Below are positions 25,501 to 38,501 of a DNA stretch of 64,000 bases, piece by piece. The position numbers were made by a program, and so were the translations under genes. Source of the DNA: Tubulanus polymorphus (lineage: Eukaryota > Animalia > Nemertea). Position 1 is the stretch's first letter. Every line of letters begins with the position of its first letter. The DNA lies in assembly GCF_964204645.1 (NCBI RefSeq), contig NC_134028.1, positions 21,696,345-21,760,344 on the forward strand. The letters run 5' to 3'. The notes under the pieces are model-generated. The model did not search any database and had not been told where the DNA came from. It saw nothing but the letters and a program-made list of their open reading frames with translations.

Positions 25501-28500
25501 AGAATCTTGGTTAACTCTGACTCTGTTCATTTCACCTCACGACGGAATCACGGCGTTTAACTGTCGCTCGAACCCGTCTATCACTCCCAATTAGCGGATG
25601 CAACAGCGTTGCCCCTTATCACACGAGAGGCTGTTTTCAATTCGATGTTTTCAAATTAGCATGATCATTATTGTCATTATCGGTATTTGAATTTGCATTT
25701 CCGATGTTCCATTCGAATTTGCCAATAGTTCATATCCACTTTGATACAAAATTAATTCAACTACGTATATATATTACAACCTGGATAATATCCGCATGCT
25801 GCCATAATATCAGAGAAATACAATTTGATAAGGAATTCTGTGAAATCTTACAGGGATCGCCGTTGGATCATCCACATATGTAGATTTACCCAATGCCAAG
25901 CAACAAAAATGAAGGTTCTCGACTTCGTAGTTCCAAAATTCGTCGGTATTCGAAGAATTGGCCATAACACGGGCACAAATTGCGCAAATAACAGTCTCGA
26001 TATGGTTACATTGGAAGCAAGTCAATCAAGCGCAGAGACCACGACCATCAGTGATTCTGTATCAAACACCTGGAGCTACGGCAGATCTTTGACCGTTTCA
26101 GCAAGCATAAAAGCCGGTTTCCTGGGAAATGCAGGCGCAGTAGCTTTTTCTGCTACATTATCTTCGAAGGATACATTTACAAAAGGCACGGTTAACATAT
26201 CATCACACGTCGAAACAACTACAAACAAGGCAAACGACAAATTCGAATACCGCGGTCCAGCATCGGGCTTAATTGTAGCTACTGCTAAGTTGTATAAATT
26301 CGACAGAAGTTCCGTAAACGTAGAGCTTGATATAGCTTGTGAGGATGGTACAGAGTTTAAAGAGAGGAAAAAGGTCGCATTAAGTCAAAGTGTTTTCTCT
26401 GGCGTACACTTTACCAAAGAGACTGGATTTTACAATCCTGGACAATGTCAATATCATAATCCTTGTCTTTACGCATTACAAAATGGTTTAAGCGATTCAG
26501 AACCTTTCGAGATCATTCGAAAATTCCAAGACTGCTTCAAAAATGGTGTTGGACATACCACGTTGAAGGATGATTATACCCACGGTAAATTGCCGTTCCT
26601 TGGTAGCAGGGGCCAGTTGTTCAAAAGCTGATCAAAGTAAATAAATTGGATATGTTTATGGTTATGGTTAGAATGCTCTTCTTTGAAGTTTTAATTAGCG
26701 TTATTTCAACTATCAACTGATTTTTTAGCAACTGGCCCCAGACTTTTACAGCCCCTCGAAAATTTTCTCTTTTTAGATATCGAATGTATGTATACCATCT
26801 TACATTGAATCTTATCAATCATTATTTACAGTACCTGGTTATGTCGGTTGTTACGTGGACAAGTCGAGCGCCAGAGATTTGTCCGATGAAGTTTTGATAA
26901 GCAACGATTTAACCATTGAGATGTGTAAAACATTCTGTGGTTCGAAAAGTAGGCGTTTCGTTTGTAATTTGTTCTCTTGACAATTAGTTATTTCAGCTGA
27001 ACAGTTGCATATTCTAATCAATAGCGAGTTTGATAGAATTTAAGATGAAAAACCCTGATGAAATTAATTGTTACATTTTTATCATGACTCCATCGACGAG
27101 CCGGTCGGTTCTATTCGTTGTATATCGAATGAAATGTTCGACATTATTAACATCAATTTTATGGGCGATCTACGTATTATCGGGTAGATAGCATGATCAG
27201 TGGCGGAACAGACGGATCATTCAGCCTCATAAAAAATATGACACTCAATCTCCACTACACCTGGACTCATTACTAGGTACCAACTCTTTTCACATGGCAC
27301 GAAAATCTGTTTTAACGCCATACGGAAACAACGTTTTAAAGATGAATTTCAATTTCGGTGGCGATTGAGTCTCATATCTGCCAATAATAGATTTAGAGAA
27401 CGAAAGTTGACTCAAAATGAGCCAATATAAACGGCATATACCAATAATCTATTTACTCGAACTGCCAGATACAACGATATTTTGTTATCCTAAAGGGTTA
27501 TCCTAAATCCTTAAGGTAAGGGTTATCATCCTAAAATATTTCAAATGCTTTTCTTCAGGCAGAAGATTTGCCGGGTTGCAAAATGCTACCGAATGTTACT
27601 GCGGTGACAGTTATGGCAAATACGAGAAGAAACCAGAATCCGAATGTAATAAGGCGTGTGTAGTGGAACCGAGGAAAAAATGTGGCGGCGTGAATAGAAA
27701 CTCAATCTATGAACTACTGCCCGATTATCTAGGTTGCTTCATCGACGATATTGACAATAGAGATTTGTCAGTGAAGTATGCAACAACATCGAAGAGTATG
27801 AATTTAAAAAAGTGTATAAACTATTGCCAGTCATCGGGTGAGTAGACCGCAACATCCACACCCAGTTCCTCAGTTGTGAGTTCGACAGTTGTGAGTTCGA
27901 CTATGAGTTGATTTTCAATGATTTAACTCTGAGTCAAATCTGAACTCAGTAAACTGTGGAACTGGGTCTAGGTTGCCCAATGGTTGGTTAGTTAACTATT
28001 CGATCTAACCATAGTAGCAATACATTTTCAATTGTACCCATGGGTAAGTAAAACTGTTTTCGCAAACAGTCGCCTATCCCCTAAGAATATATATTTGAGG
28101 TTTGGAAAATCCTGTTGAGTCCGCAATTGTCCAGTTAAGCGCACAAAATCCAGCCACTCATTACTAGATACCGATTCGTAAAGTCATTGTATGGCACCTC
28201 ATACAATTTACTCGCAAAAGTGTTATGTCCCTCAGAATTTTGAAATTTTTTTCTTTCATGGTTTTCATTCGGAAAAAGTCCCGTTTCCCCGTGGCCTATC
28301 ACCGATAACCGACAGTTAGCGTTGGTAGTTTCCCATTTCTGATGGAAAAGGAGGATTGATGTGTTTCAACTTAACATATGCGATATCAGACTAACACCAA
28401 ATTGTAAAAAATGTAGTATTTTTCACAGGTTACAGTTTTGCTGGTTTGCAATACAACACTAAATGTCAAAAAGTTGATTGTCGCTGTGGAAATAGCTATG

Positions 28501-30035
28501 GCAAATATGGTGGAACAACTGAAAAAAATTGCGATGTACCAAACCCAGAAAACGATAAAGAAAAATACGGACGAGTCGGTTTTAATTCTATGTATAAAGT
28601 TGACCCTAATTATGTCGGTTGTTATAAAGCAAGAGGAGGACAGAAAGATATATGTTTTTACATTGGTTGTTACAAAGATGTTAACGGTGATAGGGATCTG
28701 CTAGATAAATGGACAACATCGACCCCAATGGCTACAGGATTATGTTTAATTGAATGCCAATCAAGAGGTAAATACACATGTATATGCCTATATACACATA
28801 CACGGTGTCATTACAAAAATTGTTTAAAAGCAGCAATATTTGTTTATTTGTTACATTTAATGTTATGCAGTAGAATGTAGAACTTTAAATCCCTTTTCTT
28901 TCGATGTTTGACCTGGGTTGTCAAATGCATGCCGATCATGTTATGATAATGATATTATTTATCATTACTAAGATAATAATTATTATATAAAATGGCTGAC
29001 ATTACAAATTTAATGCATGTGAATATAATGGAAATGAACAACACATTTTCAACTACATTCAATTATCGTCAAAATTCTAAATGTGCTCAATTCTTCATTG
29101 TTATAAAGAATAATCTAACACATTACATAATTACACAATAATCAAGGGAAGGAAGGATGCGAGATGAACCAAGTTGTCAAAACAGGGTTCTGTGACCACA
29201 TGGAAAAGTAACATTGATACTGATAATTTTCTTATTGTGTATATTTAACCTGGTTAATAATCATTTGTTGCAATTTTATATACTGCTCAGCCTCCATCAT
29301 TTACATGATTATTTACTGAATAAATTTTGAATTGAATTGTTTCTATTACTTTTAGGTTACGTATACGCGGGTTTACAGTCTGGCAACCAATGTTTCTGTG
29401 GTAGCAGTTACGGTAAACATGGAGGAAGGAGAGCAGATTCTGAATGTGACATGAACTGCGTTGGTAACAGTGATCAAAAATGTGGTGGCAACAATAGAAA
29501 CTCTATTTACCTTTGCTCTCGGGATGAAATGTCAGTTGATAAATGTATCAATTGGTGTCGAGGTTTTAGCACCAACGGTAAGCTCTTCTGAGTGAAAAAA
29601 AAGTATAACAGCAAACCTGTCTAATCAACCTACGTATGTACTTGCATTAGCAAATTTAAGCTTGGAGTCTTTGAATTCGGAAGAGAAGATGAATAGATGA
29701 TATGATATTTATTTCTCTTTGATTCATTATAATACAAAACAAAACTTATAAAAATAAGTTTTCACAGAATTTTGGATGGGACCACAGACGAGTCATAAGG
29801 CTGTAATTTATGGGACATAGTCTCAATGTATGATATTTTTGTCTTTCTAGATTTCCGATATGTTTACGCTAAACTTTCTGAAGGTAATCGATGTACATGC
29901 GCCACAAAATCAGACTCTCGTAGAGGGACACTACTAGCTACTGGCAAATGCACTAAACCATGCGACGGTGATAAAAACCAAATCTGTGGTGGTGGCGGCA
30001 AACATTCTATTTATAAGATACAAGAAACTCTCTAA
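22569..30035 (+). CDS. Gene B1: secreted dermatopontin + aerolysin/ETX-MTX2-like + 4 WSC domain protein, 784 aa
   Basis: Exons 22569-22919, 23023-23153, 25854-26584, 26832-26948, 27559-27837, 28429-28767, 29356-29577 and 29851-30035 join in frame (2355 nt). Signal peptide; EDRLWSFLC / RDRIWKYRCC / RDRRWIIHIC; hairpin SLTVSASIKAGFLGNAGAVAFSATLS; WSC motifs YVGCYVD...RDL...LTIEMC..FC...FAGLQ..ECYCG...C...C...CGG..RNSIY. The fourth WSC lacks its N-terminal GCY segment. Confidence 0.87.
23170..23290. repeat. (GGGA)n microsatellite in a B1 intron
   Basis: About 30 perfect GGGA units. Confidence 0.99.
23760..25425 (-). mobile_element. Degenerate LINE RT fragment in the B1 intron before the pore-domain exon
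   Basis: RQGESLSPILFS and LILLLYADDAVILAES RT motifs; resembles the element at 16895-18515; absent from B2 and B3. Boundaries are approximate. Confidence 0.85.
26608..26740. mobile_element. Small MITE in the intron after the pore-domain exon, with remnants in B2 and B3
   Basis: GGGGCCAGTTGTTCAAAAG ... TTTTTAGCAACTGGCCCC; related sequence at ~40840 and ~57316-57422. Confidence 0.65.
27860..27968. mobile_element. Small MITE in a B1 intron
   Basis: ACCCAGTTCCTCAGTT ... AACTGTGGAACTGGGT inverted termini. Confidence 0.6.
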
Positions 30036-30664
30036 ACTATGCTTTATCTTGTGAAAATTCATGTACGGTGCTTACGCACGTAAAATGGTTCGGACATACA
30101 TGATTTGCTTCAAATACAATAAAATCCTCCAATTGGAGGAATAATATAAACAACAGATCAGTTTTATGAGTAACAAAAATATATTTGCATGGTAAGAGAC
30201 ATCATTTTAGTTTGTTCTGTATTTTTTTTCTTTTCCGCACAACATGGAGCTTATTGAATATTAATGGCCTTAAACTGAAATCTGAACATCTATGTCGAAG
30301 AGATACTGTCATTGGCCGACGACGAGATACTGTTATACCATGGAAGCATATAGGGAATAACAGTACAGTCTTATCTACATAATAGGTAGAAACCATACTG
30401 TTATTCTCTTAGTAACCGAAATCCCTCAGTCGGAACTGGTTGGTATTAGATTGACATACTCCACACTCCAATACGACCGATCATCGACGAACGCTAAAGT
30501 CCCAGTTGATATATTCCTTTCTGGATTGGTTCATCGAAAGAGTTATTCGTGCGGCAAAATGATAACATCAATGCATTTTTCGAGTGGTATCCGTGGTATC
30601 TGGTCGAGTGTATACGTTAGTCAGCTAGGTCTACTGTTTACATCACTTAGTTCGTAAGAAGTCG

Positions 30665-31560
30665 GTTCAGATTCAGATTTAATTTTCTCCACGTGTATAT
30701 ACATATGAGCACAGATACCATTTCTTACAATATTTCTTTACATCATCTACTTAAATCGTGAAATGAGAAGAATAACAATATCTTATGATAAAAGTTTCGA
30801 ACATTTTCTGATGTATAAAACTAGTCTTCTGACAAAATTTGTGGATATGTGATACACAGAAATTCGGTATTAGTTACATTTTTAAATTTTTGAAAGTAGG
30901 ACATTGTAAAATAAAATGATGCTCATCTCCTATTTCATTAAGGTTGCCTAGATTGCGCGCTCTTTCATCTCGAGGGGTATTAGGATATCGTCCAGTTTAA
31001 ATTAATGATAAACTGTATTGTCAAAGAAATATTTTTCTATGACAAATAATCGTGATACATGCAAATTATACAGATGACGAAGAACAAAGCATTTAAATGC
31101 TAGAAATAATAGATAATTGAAAAGAGGGAGATTGAAACTATTGACTGACTCACGCTTAATTTTGACTTTTAAAAGAAACAAATGGAGGTCATTCATATTA
31201 CATGGTTTTTTCAGAAAACTTACAGTTTTATAAATATTTGGGTTGCGCAAAATATTTTGTGGGATGTGTCTCGTTCTTTCGTTCCTATACAAGGGGCAAA
31301 TTACTAGTACATGATATTCGTTTTCAATATCATTTAGGTCGTTTTTATTACGTTCGTATTGAGCGCACAAAATCCAACCACTTATTACTAATCCCCCGAT
31401 TCGTAATGTTGTAAGGTTTGGACAATTCTGATGATGCAAAAAGTTACTGAGTCCGCAATTGTCCAGTTTAGCGCACAAAATCCAGTCTGTCATTACTAGA
31501 TACCCATTCGTATAGTCATTGTATAGCACCTCATGCAATTTACTCGCAATTTTGTTACGT
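30665..31560 (-). mobile_element. LINE 3' fragment
   Basis: ORF piece ENEYHVLVICPLYRNER resembles the LINE C-terminal Cys/His motif; short (TGAATC)n tail near 30670; the right part is also present at ~28100-28230. Confidence 0.6.
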
Positions 31561-31774
31561 CTACATAATATACTTCCCCATTATTTTACAATTTTTACTG
31601 AATTGGTTATTTCAATTGGAAAAAATCCCATTTCCCTGTCGACTAACACCGATAACCAACAGTTAGCGTTGGCAGTTCCCAATTTCTGGTAAAAAGGCGG
31701 GGTAATATTTATCGACTTAACATTTGCAAAACCTGACTGTTACCAAATAGTAAAAATATGTAGTTTATCAACAG

Positions 31775-33380
31775 GTTACAGTTATGCTGGTTTGCAATAC
31801 AACAATAAATGTCGAAAAGTTGATTGTCGCTGTGGAAATAGCTATGGTAAATATGGTGGAACAACTGATACAAATTGCGATGCACCGAACCCAGAAAACA
31901 ACAAAGAAAAATACGGACGAGAAGGTTTTAATTCTATCTACAAAGTCTATCCAAGTTATGTCGGTTGTTATGAAGCGAAAGGTGCACAAAAAGATATATG
32001 TTTTTAAATTGGTTGTTACAAAGATGTTAGTAGTGATAGGGATCTGCTAGATGAATGCAAAACAACCACCCCAATGGCTACAGGAAAATGTTTAATTGAA
32101 TGCCAATCAAGAGGTAAATCACATGTATGCCTAGATATACACGGTATTGTTACAAAAAATAGTTTAAAAGTAGCAATATTCGTTTTCAAATGTTACATTA
32201 AAAGTTACGCATGTAGAATGTAGAATATAAAGTCCCTTTTCTTTCGAGGTTTGACCTGGGTTGTCAAATCCATGATGCCGATTATGTTATGACAATGATG
32301 TTATTGACAATTGTCCATTACAAGACGATGATTATTATATAAAATGGCTACATTCGATTGATTATAAGAATTCAAAATATTCTAAATTCTTCAATATCAT
32401 AAAGAATAACATATTACACAATTACACAATAATCAAGAGAAGGAAGGATGCAAGATGAGCAAAGTTGTCCAGGGTTCCGTGGAGAAGTAACATTAATGCT
32501 AATCATATTTCAATTACATTTACTGTCTGTCACACATGCTCTTCGTGCGACGTTTTGGTCCGTAATTTCGTTAATAATCGGTTGATCTGTAAATATTATG
32601 CATCAATTTGTTCAGTAAGGAATTTGCATTCAGAAATAAATCATGAACTGGCAGAAATTTGTTTGTGTTTTCTTCTATCAGCGATAGTTTACCTAGCATA
32701 CGCTCGCGTAATGCTGAAAAACGGCTTTTATGGCCCGTCACGTGGCGCCACCTACTGTATTTTGATATGCTAATGAGCAGGTGATGACGTCACTGTAACG
32801 TTTCCGAGCGTCCGCGGAGCGGATTTTTCAGCATTACGCGAGCGTATGCTGAGTAAACTATCGCTCATAAATGAAAACAAAAACAACTTAAGTGAAAATT
32901 GTTGTTTATTTCTGAATGCAAATTCCTCACTGAACAAATTGATGCATAATAAAGGTAGATAAACCGATTATTAACGAAATTACGGACCAAAACGTCGCAC
33001 GGAGAGTAGGTGTGACAGTCAGTAGGTTACGTATACGCGGGTTTACAGTCAGGTACGCGTTGTTTCTGTGGTAGCAGTTACGGTAAACATGGAGGAAGGG
33101 AAATCGATACTGAATGTGACATGAATTGCGTTGGTAACAATTGGTGTCGAGGTTTTAGCACCAACGGTAAGCTCTTCCGAGCGAAAAGTTTATAACAGCT
33201 AAATTGTCTAATCAACCTGTCTTTCTAGATTTCCGATATATTTACGCTTAACTTTCTGAAGGTAATCGATGTACATGCGCCACACAATCAGACTCTCGTA
33301 GAGGGACACTATCTAGCTACTGGGAAATCTGTGGCGATGACGGCAAACATTCTATCTATAAGATACGTAAAACTCTCTTA
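31775..33380 (+). pseudogene. Pseudogenised partial duplicate of the last three WSC exons of gene B
   Basis: Exon copy 31775-32113 has TAA at 32005-32007; the next exon (~33026) has an internal deletion and a MITE at its acceptor; the last exon has a frameshift and a deletion; flanking introns and 3' sequence are also duplicated. Confidence 0.9.
32523..33022. mobile_element. Foldback MITE with TA target duplication
   Basis: TA|CTGTCTGTCACAC...GTGCGACGTTTTGGTCCGTAATTTCGTTAATAATCGGTT mirrored by AACCGATTATTAACGAAATTACGGACCAAAACGTCGCAC...GTGTGACAGTCAG|TA; arms ~200 bp. Confidence 0.9.
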
Positions 33381-35147
33381 ACAATGCTTTATCTTGTGAA
33401 AATTCATGTACTGTGCTTACGTACGTAAATGGTTCGGACATACATGTTTTGCTTCAAATACAATACTTCATCCAATTGGAGGAATAAAATAAACAACAGA
33501 AATGAAATTAGCTTTATGAGTTACAAAAAATATATTTTCATGGTAAGAGGCACCATTTTAGTTTTTTCTCTTTCTTTCTTTTGCACACAACAATCTTATC
33601 TACGTACGGTTATTCTTAGTAGCCGAAATCCTTCAGTATTAGATCGACGTGCTCCGCACTCCAATTCGACCTATCATCGACGAACGCTTATGTCCTAGTT
33701 GATATATTCCTCCCTGGATCGTTTCATCGATAAAGAGATATCCACGTTGCAAAATAATGACATCAATGAATTCGTTCGAGTCCTATCTGTGATATTTGGT
33801 CGAGTGTAAGCGTTAGAGTAAGATGTTGTTGTGGTCTCGAAGCCATTGTTTTCTTTTTACATGACACAATTAACTGCTATTTAAGCGTTATTTATTCAAG
33901 CTACAAATGCGTCAGAATACAAGAGATGAATTTGAAAATACATGTAGTTGAAAATTACATATCACGAACTTCCTAATTTCGTACATTTAAGACATTCAGA
34001 AAGTCGGTACTTCTGCAAAACAGTAAGTCATTTGGAAAATGCGTTCAAAATTATTGATCGGATATTCGTCGCGTCAGGACGAACTCAAATTGAATCATAT
34101 TTGATTGGAGTTCTATGGTCAGGAGTATGCAGAAACTACACGTTCAATAGATACACGAAAATACACGTTCCAGAAATGCCTCCGTTTTTCCACTGGGTCC
34201 CGGTCTTCCAATTTTCACAATAAATTGGAGTGAGGAAATGTAAACACAGTCGATTGGGCTAAGATGATACCTCGTTTCTCCTAACCGGCCGGGTGATTTT
34301 GAAAGCTGCAATACAATTGGTCAATCCAGTTTACTTCTATAGCTACTGGGTCTGTTATTGTTAGCTTGATCGTGATGTCTTGAAAAGTAACGTACGTACA
34401 GGGTAGATATGGGAGATCGGCCGGATCATTCTAATGCTCAGCAAAATGAGAAAAAAGATCTTTATAGAACCTTAGATTCGAGCATTGTTTGCAGAAGTGG
34501 ACAAAGGGGCCTATAAAAATTGTGATGTTCAGATGTAAAAGGATATATACTTTCGGCAAATTAAGATTCTTTAACTTTTAAGTGGCTTCTTCACTTCGCT
34601 CCAGAGTTCATTATTCGATATGATTTTTATTTTTCAACACTTTAAGTAGCGAATAATCCCAGCGAAATTCATGTGGTATTTCATCTATATTGCAGCATTG
34701 CATGTTTAGGCCTATTCATCAGCAGTTTTTGTAACAGTGATCGAAATAAGAAACGGACTTTTCAATATATATCTTGCAATTTTGTTTATTTGCATAGTGT
34801 GAATGTATTGATCCTAATTACATATCATTTGCATCACAGATAATTTCAATTAAGTTTGCTTGATTTAGCAGAAAAAAATGTATTCACGAATTCCTCAGAA
34901 TCGTTGCCGAAATTCAAAGATTACATGTAACCGGTAAAGATACAATTTCCGAGAGAGTGAAGTCCTTTCAGGAGTACAAACGTATGCATGCATGTTTATT
35001 TATTTTCAACGAACGCCCTTGAGCCAATAACCCGAACCACCTTCTTTTTGTTAGATTTCTAAAACGTAAAGAGACTTAGAGTGGATAGAACTGAATATTA
35101 TCGTAAATGGAATGAACAACATCGGTAGCTGTGCTGTGTTCAGAAGA

Positions 35148-37103
35148 TTAACGCGCTCTTCCTGTGTGCGCGCTGCCGTGGTATGTATGACCAACACCAA
35201 TGAAGCAATCGCGGAATTGCTTGTGGATGATATCAGGATGTAGAATGTGTTCACCACCGATATTTGCTATGCATTCGTCAGTTTGAAACGAACACGTTCC
35301 AGGATTGTAGTTTCCGACCAGAGTTGTAAAATGAGCGGCTGAATACGTGGATTGCGTAATCGGTACGAGTTGAGTCTCTTCGAATGAGTGACCATTAGAG
35401 CATTCAATACGCATGGTGGCATTGACTTCATTTTTATCCAGTTTGTACTTACCTACCGTGCCGTACATCAGCGCTGCACCCGGGCCCCACCACTCTGACC
35501 ATTTTTCATGCATCGCACCAGTTCCAACGGTCTTAGTGTTAGTCTCACTTGCCAAGACTGTTTTCGTGTGTCCAACTGAACCAGATACAGCTACACTTAC
35601 CGAACTACCTGTACCCAGAAAATTTGCAGATCCTGTAAGTTTTGCCTCGATTTTTCCCTCGTACGTCCACGAATTTCCCTTTGTCAAAGTGTAGCCTATT
35701 GCATCTTGCACTAGTCTACTCGTCTGTAATGCGAGTCTGTTCTTTGTATCATTTCTACAATTGTGACTTGTTGCCAGTCCTATGACGGATATCGTATCCA
35801 ATGCCAAATTTATACTATCTGATATAGTCATTTGTTTAGCCACACATATTGCATACTTGCACGTTTTCACTTTCCAGATGCGGTCCCTGTAACAAACATT
35901 CATGTGAAATGTGGACATGTATACTTTCCGTTATAATTTCGAGGCAAGAAAAGCAAATTTCATTTTTATCTTGGGTCCAATAGACAAGTAATTGTCCAGA
36001 TGTGTAATTTGTCGGTTGATGATTCAAAAGGAATAAAGTGCATTTGTAACTAATAAGGAGAAAAATCAATTGCTTTTCCTGAAACCATTGTATTTTCTAA
36101 CGAGTACCTATGCTTGTTACTGTATTGGCTCCACATATACGTAAAACCCCTTCCATTGCCAATTTCATAGTCGAATGGATAATCATAGTAAGCCAGTGCC
36201 TCGGTCCATCGACAGTCGTCCCCAGGTTCTGTAACCACCTAAAAGTGTTAAAATGCGAATAGATGAACGATTTGAGTGGGTTTAATGGACCAATGATAGT
36301 CGACTGATATGCACCTTACATAATGTTGAAAATACTTAATGTATCACATTGTTATTGAAATGATGATATTGAAATGCGTGAAAGGAATTGGGAAGAGAGA
36401 CATATCATTATTGATGATGAAAACATTTAACTGACTTAGTATGAGCTATTCGAATAACGGCTTAAAACTTAAAGTTCACAAATGGGAATTATATAGGGGC
36501 CTACATCTTTTGATAATGACCGAAGGAAAAACCAAACTGATAAGGTCAAATTAAATCATTTTTAATCAAGTAATTCGCGGTGAGATACGTTATGATACCT
36601 GCTCTTCTTCCGCAAAAGGGATTTTTTATGACATCGAATGACATTTGTTTGTTTTAATTACCTTAATTACTCTCATGTCAAACGTTAATCCAAGACTGAT
36701 GAACAGGTAACACATGATGTATACATGACTTAAATGCTAAATGGTGACGTACCTTACAACATCTGAATTGCCAGACTCGATCATCTTTACTATTTTGGTG
36801 GTAGCTCCAAACTCCCACCAGAACTCCTCCATCTGGGCAAGCGACATCTACATAATCTCTCAACCTTGTAGTACCTTCAACAAGCCCGCAATCTTTCCCT
36901 CTGCCTACGAGGCCAGTGTTTTTACATTCGAAGTACCATCTTCTGTCCTCCCTTGAGTTATCATATTCACTCTTAATTGTAGTGATATGCGAGCCATTCG
37001 GACAGGTGAAGTCCAATCTCTTATCGTACTCATTCATCCAATTTACCGCATCATTATTGCAAATTAATGCAGCAATAAGTACAATCGGGATTAGCATAAA
37101 CAT
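35148..37103 (-). CDS. Gene A2: dermatopontin + aerolysin-like protein, 406 aa
   Basis: Exons 37103-36753, 36238-36108 and 35886-35148, in frame, canonical splice sites; close paralog of A1. Confidence 0.87.
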
Positions 37104-38501
37104 CTGAAGAACATCAAAGAATTATTCTGAACAAGATTAAAAGATATAAAAATTTGATTGAAAATAATCGAGCGGCGAGTGGAAGGTGTACTTAGGTGTA
37201 TATATTCGTATAATTGTCCTTTCATCCGACTTAACTCGTAACTTTTCATAGTAAGCCAAATGAATTGAGCAGCAACTCACCTCTCAGTCACTCGTGTGCG
37301 CTGATCTTTGTTTAAATGAAACCAATTGTTTAAACCACCGAATTGAAATGTCACCAAACTCCTCTCACACAAGTCTTCGAAATAAAAAAAAACATGTTGC
37401 CGGCAATTTCCCTCGAATGTTTAGACGAAGAAAATTCATATTTCACCAACGTGTCATCAACGTGTACTCAGCGGGTGTTTTTACTCAGATTTAACAGTTT
37501 TTGTTCGCATGTGTTGCGACAAAGTGTGTTCAAGGCCAAATTCTGCTATCGGTTAATTGATTGCATATGGAATGAATGTCTGAGGTGCACATCAAGAAAT
37601 GAATTCGAAATTCGAAATAGATTTGTATTTACATTGTTTCGCAAGTGGGTGACAAAACTAAGAATATCGCGTTTTGTCGTGTTATTTTTTGTCTCTTTGT
37701 CTTCGTTATATCAGTGTTCCTGAAAATGACTATTAGTTTTATGGTAGAAACGCTGAATAAGATACTCTTGTTCAAGAAACCTATTTTCGGACTTTTTTGT
37801 CTTTATTGAGGGATTGTCGAAATATTATTACTTATCTTCGTAATGGCGTCATTTTCATATTGTGAACTCGTTGGCGTATGGCACGAATCAACCACCATAG
37901 TTGATGGTCATGAGAAATATATCAAACTGTTTGTTGGTATGTTTCCAACTCTCTAAATATCGTCAAATCACATATGTTCGCCTTCATGTACCAACAATAT
38001 CAGACAACATGAAATTCAAAATGCAAAGAATTTTTTACTTTCCGGAGTTGGATTCCATTAACATGTGTTTGTTAACAGGTATGAGTTAGGACCAGTTGAA
38101 CCTTGATATTCAAGTTGCATGCCTGTCGATAAAACGTAAAACTATCCTTAGACACAATTGAAAAGAACACCGCGCGCATGGTGCAATTCGCAGAGTAATG
38201 AGAGGACCTTGCGTAATGAATATTCACTTTCGAACTCATTCTGATAGAGAACGTTCTCGGTATCACTTAAGGTAAGCGAACGTACCGCACGATCCTTCTA
38301 AAACAATTTCTCCAAGTGAATAAAGTCAACAGTATCCAAGTGACGAATTGAAAATGAATGATATTAGTCGTATATAAGATTTAAGAGCCAGATATAGAAG
38401 AATCTTATCTAAACGTCCAAGTTTTTTGGTTTTTCATCTTTCTCGACATTTTTCATACTGAACTTTTTATTCTTGAATCTCATTGAGTGCAATTTACAGT
38501 T

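Noticed and set aside
25825-26631. Stand-alone, bacterial-style intronless toxin ORF (contamination)
   Set aside because: It has conserved acceptor and donor sites in all three copies, begins with the third dermatopontin DRxW motif, and is embedded among spliced genes and animal transposons.
34285-34460. Second CARNS1 remnant (similar to ~8035-8190)
   Set aside because: The match is to intronic sequence only, so it is more likely a dispersed repeat.
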